Source: Laetmonice hystrix
Taxonomy: Eukaryota
Direction of reading: 5' to 3'
Assembly: GCA_965235115.1 (NCBI GenBank)
Contig: OZ249436.1
Span: 47,804,001-47,868,000, forward strand
DNA length: 64,000 nt
Every line of letters starts with the position of its first letter. The first letter of the stretch is position 1. This document shows positions 13,013 through 24,060 of the stretch, one piece after another. Position numbers and translations under genes: made by a program. The notes under the pieces are model-generated. The model was not told the origin of the DNA. It saw nothing but the letters and a program-made list of their open reading frames with translations, and did no database searches.

Positions 13013-16000
13013 TTAGATTTGAATTCCTATATTATAGAGTTTGCGATCCGGTTCACATGTCAACTCCTGTCTTCCAATGTGAAGCCATTTGTTCGCCACT
13101 GAAATGGAACAGACATCAACATTAATATATGCACGGCTCGGCAAGCGTAGGCCCGCGGGTACAGATACAAAGCCGTTTATTAAAGCCGGTGTTACACGGC
13201 ACGATATTTCCTTCAGATCGTCCGACCGCCCGACATCGGGGATAGATCGGACCAAATATCGGGCCGTGTGAGCACAAGGTCGTGCCGTGTGATAATGATG
13301 GTTATAGCCTATATTCTCACTCACCCCATTTACTGCCGACCAGAACGGGACAACCGGCGTGCTGTGTCCTTTTGTCCCCTTCTCCATTCAACAAAAGATT
13401 GTGCCAAAATAAACACGATCCCTAGAAATATCAACCACTTGGTTAGTTTAATAGGTCGAGCGGGTGACGAGATTCTGGGACGGATCCAGGATTCGAGGGG
13501 GGTTGGTAAAAGGGGGTGTAATACAGGAAGAGGAGGAGGAGGGTAGGAGGAGGAGGAGGAAGAAGAAGAAGAAAGATCGCAGAGGAAGAGGAAAAGGAAG
13601 AGGAAGAAGATTTGGGAGGTTTTACGGGGTTTGAGGGTTCTAAAATGATCATGTTCAATGTAACATGCTGTTTGAAATCAAAGTTATAGGCCTCAGTATA
13701 CATGCCAAAATCCAGCCGGGTGAATTTACATTCTTTATATAATAAGACTATAGGCTCTATTCTCCTCAAAGCCTAAATCTAACCCCCCCCCCCCCGATAA
13801 TGTCTCCTTTGCTAAACTTCAGGCTCATTTTTAACCTTTGCGACTAAAAACTCACCTTTTCGGGCAGAATTTTCACCCCCAGTTTAGTGAATACTGTGGC
13901 GCCACCTAGTTCCACGTCACTCATCTACAAGACATCAAAGGTTTAAATGATTGCTATAGCCAAGACCAAAAATGTTAGATTGTTGAATGGTTGAGGTTCA
14001 CAGATGTTCCCAAGGAATCTAATGGAAAATAACTATCCTATAACGCCGTCTGCCCAAAGTGTCAGAGCTTTGTTTGGGTTGACCATTTTGAGGACTTGGT
14101 GACAACAGTCAATAATTATTAAGGGAAGTATAGGCAGAAACACTGCATGTATTTCTGTTCTGCTGACTGAAAAGCCAGGCATTCACGTACCGACCTTACT
14201 CCACTAATCAACCCATTCCTTTAATTGTAATCGTGATTTTCAAGACAGGTTTCCTACACGCGTGCGGCTACAGGAAGCGAACTTGGAATGTCTCGGTTGT
14301 GAGGAGATTTTAAAAATTAGAAGCTGTGAGAAGCGATTTCCCGCCATTTAGGGGCCATTTTGTGGAGTCATCTCTCAACGGGCTCAAAACGGCGGGAATA
14401 CTTCGCACTTGCTCGTTCGACTTTATTCCGTTGAATCTAAAAGAAAAAAAATCTATGCTCTGGGGGAGCGGGGGGGGGGGGGACAGACCCCTGAACCATG
14501 CACCCCCCCCCCCCCCGAAACGCGCCTGAACAGTAGGCCTACTTACGTAACATAAAGCTGTCGCTATCCGGTCACCATCAGGCCCCTGATTTTCCTACAA
14601 AGAGGAGAAGTAGTTATTTTATCAAATCGGATCTACACATCATCAGCTTCTCCCGTCTCCTTCACGAAATCAAGTAGCAATTTCGAGCCGAAACATGAGT
14701 AACTAACTCAGTCGATGAAATCCATTGTGATAAGATGGGAGATGATAGGAAGACCCCGCGAACCGGGGCGATCCCCTATACTCTTATTGATAGATGCCAA
14801 GGGATCTCTAACGTGCCGCTCCACATAGACGTACCGTGACACGGCCGGTCTTTGATGGAGCAGTCGGCAGCACTGCTCTACAAAAATCCATTGAGGTCGT
14901 GGCTCTAGGCCTAGACACACATGGGCGTCAAGCGGCAAGCGTCGAGAGTCAAGCGTCATTTTGAAAATGACGCTCTGAATGCTCAGTATGGAAGCGTTGT
15001 TTTCTGACGCGCCACCCATATGTGAACGGTGTAATAGAAAACCATACTGAGCATTCAGAACGTCATGACGCTTGACGCTCGACGCTTGCCTCGTGACGCC
15101 TATGTGTGTCTAGGCCTTAACTCAGAAACTTTGGATCCAAGACCCCGCGCTCTAACCACTGAGCCACCCCGGACCCCCCCCCCCCCCCTTGATTATTCGG
15201 GTCATGTGTCGACTTGTGCCGTACACAGTGCACCTAAACATCGTGCTTACCATTGGTCTAAAGTCATAATGGGGCGAATAGTGTCCACCAAGGCCATAAT
15301 TCCCGACCTGAAAAAAAGGTATAGGCCCTGTTTTAAAACGTTTCTTTTGTTCAAGATTTGTTCATCTGTACTCAATCGGCCCTTGCCTGATGGTTGCAAC
15401 GGCGGGAAAATGCATTACCGTATCAACTAGACACGACAAATATATTTATTTATTCTTTATTTATTCACAATGTATTTTTGTTGTTGCTTTACCTGGAGAA
15501 GTTCGGCGGAGTGTAAGGTGAGATTGGTCATCCAGCGAATCTTGTCGTCGACAGCCACAACAGCCGGGTCGAGTTTGTCGTTCAGCCAGGCACTGTGTAC
15601 ATGTTCACGTATGATAAGGGAAATAATCTTTAGTGGTTGTCATGGTGAAAAACATATCTCAGGTTTTAGATGTCGGACGTGTAGGCCTACACGGTCTCGC
15701 AAATTTCAAATTATACATGACCTTTCACCAGAAAATGTAGTTCCCCTCCATTTTATGTAACAAACCTATTACTTATGACAGAAAAACTTGAGCATTTAGA
15801 GCAGGGGATCAGAGTAAAGTCGAGGTTTCTAGGTCACAATGCCGCGCTCGTCCAATTAGCGGCGATGATTATTTTCTATCACGGTCACCGCGTTCGTGTA
15901 ACCTAGATAAGCGTTTGCGTCCAGACCCGTTTTTTGAGCAATGAGGGGCCTCTAGCGGGGAAAAGGGTCTGGTGATCGAAAATACTCATATGTGTTAACA

Positions 16001-19000
16001 GAATTAATAATGGTAACTATTCAGTGCCATCATACGTCTGTGATGATGAGGTAAGCAGAAAGACTCCAGTCGATTTGTCGCGTCAGACAAGCCCTTTATA
16101 AGTTCATTTGGAATCAGATATCAAGGTTTCCGGTTTTGTTTTCCTCAGAAATCAGCTGTTCCCCTTAAAGTTTTTTTAATTACTTTACTTCACATATGCA
16201 CATCGTTTTGAGCGTCGTGCGGATCAATCAATTATGGTCTTGCTTTTCTTGGTTTCCTCCGGGCACTCCGGTTTCCTCCACCAAGAAAAACTGACTTTCA
16301 TCATCATCTTCATCGCCGTGATATGACCCTAGCTGTTGCAAGGCGTAAAACCCCAAATACCCACCCACCCACCACCGCTTTTCAGCCTTTGTCCGTCAGC
16401 ATCGTGCGATCTTGGGTCACTGTGTCAGTCACTGTCCGATTTATAGACGTCAGTTCCGATGACATAGGATGGTCGTAGTTATCAAATATAACACTAGGTG
16501 GCTGCGAGCATGATCTAACCGACGGGATGTCCACTTGCTTTTGAAAATAACCTGCTTTACGCCTCAGAGCAATCACTGACGGAGTTATCTCGAGTAAGAC
16601 GGCCTCTTACGTCACTTCCCCTATAGTCATAACTTCTAAGAGATGATCAAGAGACACATATTCGCCTTTAGCTTACCTTTTACTGATTCGGTACTCCGCA
16701 CTTTCGTACGTCCCTGTAACCTGGTTGAGGGCCGATGCACGGCGGAACTGCAGAAAAGGTTTGACCATGATATTGTTATTGTTTGTCTCATGGTAAATTT
16801 TGTCACCCTGCAGCCACAATCCGGACGGCTAGCTCGAAAGAGTCTATCCCTCCAATATAGACGGGCATATGCTTCACTATACACTTTCATTATCATCTCA
16901 AGGAGAAAACTCACCCTACTGGAATTAAACCCCGGCCCCAAAAGTACTGCATTACTGAAGAATATACATGTATAGTAACACATGGGACACAGGTTCAAGG
17001 TTCACGTCTCGCACAGCTGTAGTCCCACTACCCATTAGTTAGTACCCTTTCCAAAAACATCGGCAGTGAGAGCTAAAAACCGACCACTGATCACTAACCA
17101 TCAACCACTAATCACTACAAATCAACCACTAATCACTAAAAAACAACCACTAATCACTAAAAATCAACCACTAATCACTAAAAATCAACCACTAATCACT
17201 ACAAAAACAACCACTAATCACTTAAAATCAACCACTAATCTTTGCCCCAAACCTCATCCTAACCCCAGCTTGGTGCGTTTCAATATAGCCCAAAGATATC
17301 TTTGAAAACCTCGCTGGAGCCAGGTGCGAGATTTCTATTGAAACACTCGCTCTCCCCCCATCCAGACTGCACCAGTCCAAAAGATATCTTTGACAAAGAT
17401 ATCTTTGGCAAAGATATCTTTTGATATTGAAACGCACTTTGAGGGCCCACCGGAAGATGTTATTCAGCCTCTAGAGAGGACAACTAGGCGTTAACTAGAG
17501 GTTAACCGTATCCCTCCCCCTCTCGTTAAACACTCGCGCTCCCTCGGATTTCCGTAAAGTTGAGAGGAAATAACTGGCGCCACCTGGTGAGTATGGACTT
17601 GGAGCTGGTTAATAGCTAGAATCGTTAATAACGATGTTTAGTAAGACGCATTTTTCGGCGGTGGCTGATTAATAACGATTTAAAACTAGCGATTTGGGGC
17701 TTTACGATGTTTAGTAAGACGGGCTCCAGACTTAAAAAAAACCTCTCCGTAATCTTAACTCCCGCTCCCAGATTTTGTGTTACAATGGAGGAATAACATT
17801 TTTTTTGTACCGACCCTTGGCGCGGCCAAGTCTTTGATTCTCTCTATTTCGCTGTCGACGACGATATCGTGGTAGAGTAAGATGCGAGGGTCCACGTGCA
17901 AAGTCTCCTCCTTCAGTGGCCGGATGTAGAATCTGGGCACGTGACGACGAAATTGGCACGTCAGAGTGTGGCTGTCAACGCGCGCGTCCTGCAGGTACAG
18001 GTCAGAGAGTAAGCAAACGGTTACTATGACAACCTTCTCACGACATTGGGAGGGGTACGGGTGGACTACTGATAGGGATAAGTTTTTGAGGGAAATCTTA
18101 AAATCTTTCGTTTCCATTTTGTATGGAGCCCCGGAGGTGACATGCTGAAGATGCTTTTTAATCCGTGGCCACGAATTACTAAACCGTGCGCACGGATTAG
18201 TAATCCGTGGCCACGGATTACTAAACCTTGGCCACGGATTAGTAATCAGTGCGCACGGATTAAAAAGTATCTTCAGCATGTTCGTTTAGATTGTAAATTT
18301 AACCATTCTATGACCCTGGGATTGGGATATCGCCTGTGAGCGGCCGCATACAAAGGCCCAATTTAAAGGTCATTTTCAGTTGTATCTACAGTTTATAAAA
18401 CAGAATAAGTAACATTATAACTTAAACTGGTCGAAATGGGATTCAAGTGATTATAGAGTTTATTTTTCTTGAAGACTGGTATCTGTGCACAAGATGATGA
18501 CAGCAAATATCCGTCCTAGACAAGCGTCAAACAAAGTCTGACAAATAAAACATACCGGTCTTATCGTTTGTCGACATAGCGTGCGATAACTGCGATGCTT
18601 AGGTTTGATTCCAATGAAGTCGCCTGCGATTTCTCCATATGCAAAAGACTTCGCAGCAGGTTGGGTATTATTGGTTGAGTTGTCCTTCAGGAAGGTGCCG
18701 TAGAACTGAAGATTACTTATGGCACGGTCATGTGTGGGGTCTTTCAAACAAAGAGAGAGAGAGGCAAGCGGAATGAGTATGGTCTGATATAGCAAGCGGA
18801 ATGGATAAGGTCTGATAAACAGTGTTTTTCGATCGAACGTGTAAGGTTAAATCCTAGGCCATATTAAACATCAAATGAAATACATGTTGCGATATATTTG
18901 TATGTGTTCACATTTTAGACCTTATATACACATGCAGTATAATATGGGGACAACGGCATCCACGATTATTATATTATCATATTTGATTGTTTTTTCCCAT

Positions 19001-22000
19001 ACTATAGTATTTCCTTGCGTATATAGCTTATCTAGATGTTTTATTTGTTAAATATGTTACCTTCTTGAAGGCAGTGTCGTATAAAATAGAAATAGTCTTA
19101 CCAAGTCGTAACAATGTGATTGTCAGGTTATAAGCCGCCTCGAGTTCTCCCGTCTACAGACAAACATCAGCATTCAGAGTAAGAAAACAGTGTAGCACAG
19201 TGGTGGCATATTGGTCGCTGTCTTGGGCGTCTTGTGGAATGTTTAAATGCGAGGTTGTAAAAAGTTCTTTGATGTAAACATTGGACATAATAGTGGATCT
19301 CCTCAGCATGTCGCTGAAGGGAAGCTTCTCACCTGATACTTGGAGAACGCCAAATAATCCAAAATCTGGGCTTCAAATTCTGGTAACGTCTGTTGTTTTC
19401 GAGTCAACCGAAGCGCCTCTGCCATCCAGAGCTTGGAATGGAGATGATCGTGGGCATCGTATGCGATTTTACCCAGATGAAAACAGTCGTCGGCTGCAAA
19501 ATAGTTGAAAGTTAATCTACGTGTCGTGGATCATTTCTCGAGAAGTGAGAGGCTCAGAGAGGATGGCCGCTTCTTGGGCGGAAACAAACAAACGGAGACG
19601 AGAAGAAGAAGAGCTCTGAAGAAGAAGGGGAAGAGGAAGAAGAAGAAGAAGTAGAAGAAGAAGTAGTAGAAGAAGAAGAACCACTTACCCCCATAACCAA
19701 CCACTTACCCTCATAACCAACCACTTACCCCCATCACCAAACCATTATTCCCCAAAGAACACGACGAGTTTGCCTCCATACCACTGAACCGTTGTGTAGA
19801 CAAGGTCACACCATTGAAGCGCCCTCTAGCGATCTCATGCACGGACAGGCCATACGTCGCCTGGAGACGTAACAGCGCCGCGCCTGCGCCTTTAAGGTCT
19901 TCCGGTGTGGGCATGCCATCGACAACCTCTTTAAGGCGGCCTTGGAAATTGTATGCATATATAAGTTCAAGTGTCGGTTTCCACTCAATTTATAAGAGAA
20001 ATCGCTTGGTGGATTAAGCCACAAAAAAAATTCCCGGTTTCTGGTCCGCGCGCGCGTCACTTCAGATGCCGCGCATCAGTGCTTTTTTTTCTTGTCCCCA
20101 CCTTGGATGACCGTGAATTGTGCTGCCACCTAGCGGTAAGGCTTAAAACTAACCATTATTGTAATGGATATTTCATTAACACTCCAACGGAAGTGTGTTT
20201 GTATTCAAAGCGATGACAGCAAAGGTCATAGTCCTTATCTATGAGTTCATTTTACATGATAATTCTTATGAGGCTTACCATCTTATAGCCAGCTATCACC
20301 AAAAAAAAAAAAATCTTTAACAAAAAACCGCGTCTTTGGACCAGAAACCGGGATTTTTTTTTGCCTTATGCAGGCCCTAATTGTCTCAAGAATGGTACCA
20401 CATTGCAATATTGGTATGTCGTGAACTCCTTTTTTTTGTTTTTTGTTTTACCAAAGATGACTTCTCTAGAAAAAAGATAACTTAGCATGCATGAGCTAAG
20501 ATTGAAGACTCACTCGTACTGATGTTCTGGATGAGTGTCCGGGTGTGTTCCCAATCCACAGAAATTCGTTTGATGAGTAGAAACGCATTCACAGGGTTCG
20601 AGACATACTTTTCTGCATCTTCTATAGCGACATCACTGTGTTCTTTATATTTCCTGGCGAATCTATAAAAAATAAACAATTATTGTTGTATCATGCTGTT
20701 AGCAATGGTTATCACCCCCACAACATTTCTGGGCAGGAGTTCGAGTTAAGGCCAGGGGTAAGGATAGGGATAGGATAGGGACATGTTCTGGGCAGGAGTT
20801 CGAGTTAAAGCCAGGGGTAGGGATAGGGATAGGATAGGGATATGTTCTGGGCAGGAGTTCGAGTTAAGGCCGGGGGTAAGGATAGGGATAGGATAGGGAT
20901 ATGTTCTGGGCAGGAGTTCGAGTTAAGGCCAGGGGTAAGGATAGGGATAGGATAGTGACATGTTCTGGGCAGGAGTTCGAGTTAAGGCCAGGGGTAGGGA
21001 TAGGGATAGGATAGGGACATGTTCTGGGCAGGAGTTCGGGTTAAGACCAGGGGTAGGGATAGGGATAGGGACATGTTCTGGGCAGGAGTTCGAGTTAAGG
21101 CCAGGGGTAGGGATAGGGATAGGATAGGGACATGTTCTGGGCAGGAGTTCGAGTTAAGGCCAGGGGTAGGGATAGGGATAGGATAGGGACATGTTCTGGG
21201 CAGGAGTTCGGGTTAAGACCAGGGGTAGGGATAGGGATAGGGACATGTTCTGGGCAGGAGTTCGAGTTAAGGCCAGGGGTAGGGATAGGATAGGGACATG
21301 TTCTGGGCAGGAGTTCGAGTTAAGGCCAGGGGTAGGGATAGGGATAGGGACATGTTCTGGGCAGGAGTTCGAGTTAAGGCCAGGGGTAGGGATAGGATAG
21401 GGACATGTTCTGGGCAGGAGTTCGAGTTAAGGCCAGGGGTAGGGATAGGGATAGGATAGGGTACATGTTCTGGGCAGGAGTTCGGGTTAAGGCCAGGGGT
21501 AGGGATAGGGATAGGATAGGGACATGTTGTGGACAGGAGTCCGGGTTAAGGCCAGGGGTAGGGATAGGGATAGGATAGGGATATGTTCTGGGCAGGAGTT
21601 CGAGTTAAGGCCAGGGGTAGGGATAGGGATAGGATAGGGACATGTTCTGGGCAGGAGTTCGGGTTAAGACCAGGGGTAGGGATAGGGATAGGGACATGTT
21701 CTGGGCAGGAGTTCGAGTTAAGGCCAGGGGTAGGGATAGGATAGGGACATGTTCTGGGCAGGAGTTCGAGTTAAGGCCAGGGGTAGGGATAGGGATAGGA
21801 TAGGGACATGTTCTGGGCAGGAGTTCGGGTTAAGACCAGGGGTAGGGATAGGGATAGGGACATGTTCTGGGCAGGAGTTCGAGTTAAGGCCAGGGGTAGG
21901 GATAGGATAGGGACATGTTCTGGGCAGGAGTTCGAGTTAAGGCCAGGGGTAGGGATAGGGATAGGATAGGGTACATGTTCTGGGCAGGAGTTCGGGTTAA

Positions 22001-22880
22001 GGCCAGGGGTAGGGATAGGGATAGGATAGGGACATGTTGTGGACAGGAGTCCGGGTTAAGGCCAGGGGTAGGGATAGGGATAGGATAGGGATATGTTCTG
22101 GGCAGGAGTTCGAGTTAAGGCCAGGGGTAGGGATAGGGATAGGATAGGGACATGTTGTGGACAGGAGTTCGGGTTAAAGCCAGGGGTAGGGATAGGGATA
22201 GGATAGGGACATGTTGTGGGCAGGAGTTCGAGTTAAGGCCAGGGGTAGGGATAGGGATAGGATAGGGACATGTTCTGGGCAGGAGTTCGGGTTAAGGCCA
22301 GGGGTAGGGATAGGGATAGGATAGGGACATGTTGTGGGCAGGAGTTCGGGTTAAGGCCAGGGGTAGGGATAGGGATAGGATAGGGACATGTTGTGGGCAG
22401 GAGTCCGGGTTAAGGCCAGGGGTAGGGATAGGGATAGGATAGGGACATGTTTTTGGGAGGTGTAGGGACCGGGGTTAGAGGTCAGGGGAAAGGTCTGGGC
22501 TATGGATCTTTACTTTCGACCAAATTTCGTGGGTGTTAGGTTATCACAGGCGATGTACCTCAACAATGGACACTGCTTGATGCTGGATTAAAAGTAGGCC
22601 TGTCCTTCCTGCACGTCCAGACTGGCTGGATAGAATCTTGGTTGGGGGGACATCTCAAAAATATAAACTCTGTATGACTCACAACACCGGCCCGTCCGAC
22701 TTACTGCTGTAAACTTTTTATGCGATCCTCTTCCTCTTTCGCGTATTCCAAAAGGTCATCAGCTAGTCGTCTTTCTGTTTCTATCATTTTCTTCAGATTG
22801 GTGATAGCAGTGAACATCTCGGCACATATCCGTTGTGATAGGAATACAATAGCGATGGCCAGTATAATTCGTTTCGACAT
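13013..22880 (-). CDS. P4HA: Prolyl 4-hydroxylase alpha subunit (collagen P4H-alpha family), complete, 14 coding exons, 527 aa
   Basis: Exons: 22705-22880, 20514-20662, 19782-19940, 19333-19493, 19102-19153, 18556-18740, 17815-17988, 16677-16747, 15493-15592, 15251-15307, 14547-14594, 13856-13924, 13325-13421, 13013-13098; all GT-AG, phase-consistent, 1584 nt. Signal peptide MSKRIILAIAIVFLSQRICA, NPVNAFLLIKR, GAGAALLRLQATY, TPR-like ADDCFHLGKIAY...ILDYLAFS, YRISKSAWL, VGNYGLGGHYSPHYDF (HxD), RIATALCYMSDVELGGATVF, TQHAGCPVLVGSKWVANKWLH. Confidence 0.95.
14750..15177 (-). mobile_element. tRNA-derived SINE with Nin-domain-like core, interrupted by a MITE
   Basis: Minus-strand head GGTGGCTCAGTGGTTAGAGCGC (A box, ~15156-15166); B-box-like GAGTTA|AGAGCC split by the 14907-15117 insertion; CCCTATACTCTT..GATAG..GGGATCTCTAACGTG resembles the Nin core as I recall it. 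Confidence 0.55.
14907..15117. mobile_element. PIF/Harbinger-like MITE, copy 1
   Basis: TIRs AGGCCTAGACACACATGGGCGTCA / TGACGCCTATGTGTGTCTAGGCCT; near-identical copy in opposite orientation at 33657-34619. Confidence 0.9.
16245..16360 (+). mobile_element. SINE fragment (V-domain-like core)
   Basis: GGTTTCCTCCGGGCACTCCGGTTTCCTCCACCA...GATATGACC..GCTGTT..GGCGTAAAAC; related copy at 41870-41977 on the minus strand. Confidence 0.6.
17076..17240. repeat. 21-bp tandem repeat, ~7 copies
   Basis: AATCAACCACTAATCACTAAA units followed by a CCTAACCC-like motif. Confidence 0.9.
17273..17437. mobile_element. Small MITE with AAAGATATCTTT subrepeats
   Basis: TIRs GTGCGTTTCAATAT / ATATTGAAACGCAC; the right end recurs at ~41760-41802. 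Confidence 0.75.
18122..18281. mobile_element. Truncated fold-back MITE with 21-bp palindromic subrepeats
   Basis: TATGGAGCCCCGGAGGTGACATG terminus; inverted arms 18140-18167 / 18254-18281; internal TAATCCGTGGCCACGGATTA units. Confidence 0.75.
20015..20368. mobile_element. MITE
   Basis: TIRs TAAGCCACAAAAAAAATTCCCGGTTTCTGGTCC / GGACCAGAAACCGGGATTTTTTTTGCCTTA. Confidence 0.75.
20727..22449. repeat. G-rich 53-60-bp minisatellite, ~30 copies, in the first coding intron of P4H-alpha
   Basis: Unit TTCTGGGCAGGAGTTCGAGTTAAGGCCAGGGGTAGGGATAGGGATAGGATAGGGACATG. Confidence 0.97.
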
Positions 22881-23847
22881 CGTGCTTTATTAGTTCAGGA
22901 ATCGTCTACACGTCAGGAAAATAATTATGTCCCTCGCTGTAACACTCCTCGCCAAAGGGGTTCACCACCAAGAAAACTGGTGGAGCTTTCTCCCAGTATT
23001 AAACACTGCAGCTCTTCTCCTTTTCACACTCTGAAAATAATGACAGATTACAATTTAAACATTTCACGATTAAAGCAGGCCCACGTCTGCAAACATAATG
23101 TTTACTGCAAACGTAGGCCTATGTTTGGTCATCTTATAACTGTGGTCACCTTCGTCATTACAACATAGTATGAACCCATTACTTTATTGTCGTACATTAG
23201 ATTTTGGTTTGGGACAGGAAACACCCCAGGCCATAGTCGCCTTTCTTTTGGTCCATACTTTGCTCAACCAAATCCACAAAATAGTCCACAGAATAGAGGA
23301 TAGTCCTCTGACCTGTTCGTTCGGTTCTTAGGATGATATCCGTTAGTGTTACAGTAGATGGCAGAGATTGTTATCATGATCAAGGTTAAATGGTGGTCAA
23401 CAGCTATTGCAACAACAGTGTTTCCAAGAACATATATAGTTAGACACGGCGGTCATACAGGAAAATAGTTTTTATAGATATTTTATGGAGGTTCGAAGTC
23501 ATGCATGCGTAAAGAAACTTGGGTAGACACGCTCTGGTAAAGTGTTTCTTATGCCTTACACATCATGTTTGTGGGTTCATATACAGAGATCGGGTTGACA
23601 CTGCTATTTCTGGTTTCTTACACTGAAAAATCTTCGAAACAAAATGAGATTTTAGTTAGTGTTATTATACTCGTCTCCAGTTATAGGGCATTTTGATGTC
23701 CCATGATGACCCCTCCCTGCTCTTGTCTGCTTGGGATGGGCGTCATCCCCTGAATCGACCCCCAAAACAAGCAATCAGCAAATAATTACAACCTCCATAT
23801 TTGTTTGAAACACAGGTGGTCATGTCATAAAACTCTTTTACACTTAC

Positions 23848-24060
23848 CTTGTAAATCTGTAGCCACGGGAAAACAGGAGGATCCAGGGACACAGGAGCAA
23901 AAACTCGCCACGTCTGAACCCTTCCTCCGTATAGACGAGGGAGTGATCACCCGTCTGGTGTCAAACGAATTAACAGACCGTCAAACGCCGCTCCCGACGT
24001 CACGCTCCCATGGCAATATGAACTAAAAGGGCGTCGACCATTTCGAACTACCATAAAATA
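23848..24060 (-). promoter_or_regulatory. Putative non-coding first exon and promoter of the P4H-alpha gene
   Basis: Strong minus-strand donor AAG|gtaagt at 23848/23847; CpG-richer stretch with CRE-like GACGTCAC (~23997) and X-box-like CCATGGCAA (~24008); candidate acceptor gtgtag just upstream of the ATG exon (~22906). Confidence 0.35.

Noticed and set aside
15118..15177. tRNA gene (also ~49275-49350)
   Set aside because: Only an A box and a broken B box with no cloverleaf; better explained as SINE heads.
17755..18279. 174-aa ORF as a stand-alone gene
   Set aside because: Only 17815-17988 is a P4H exon; the N-terminal part is MITE subrepeat and intron.
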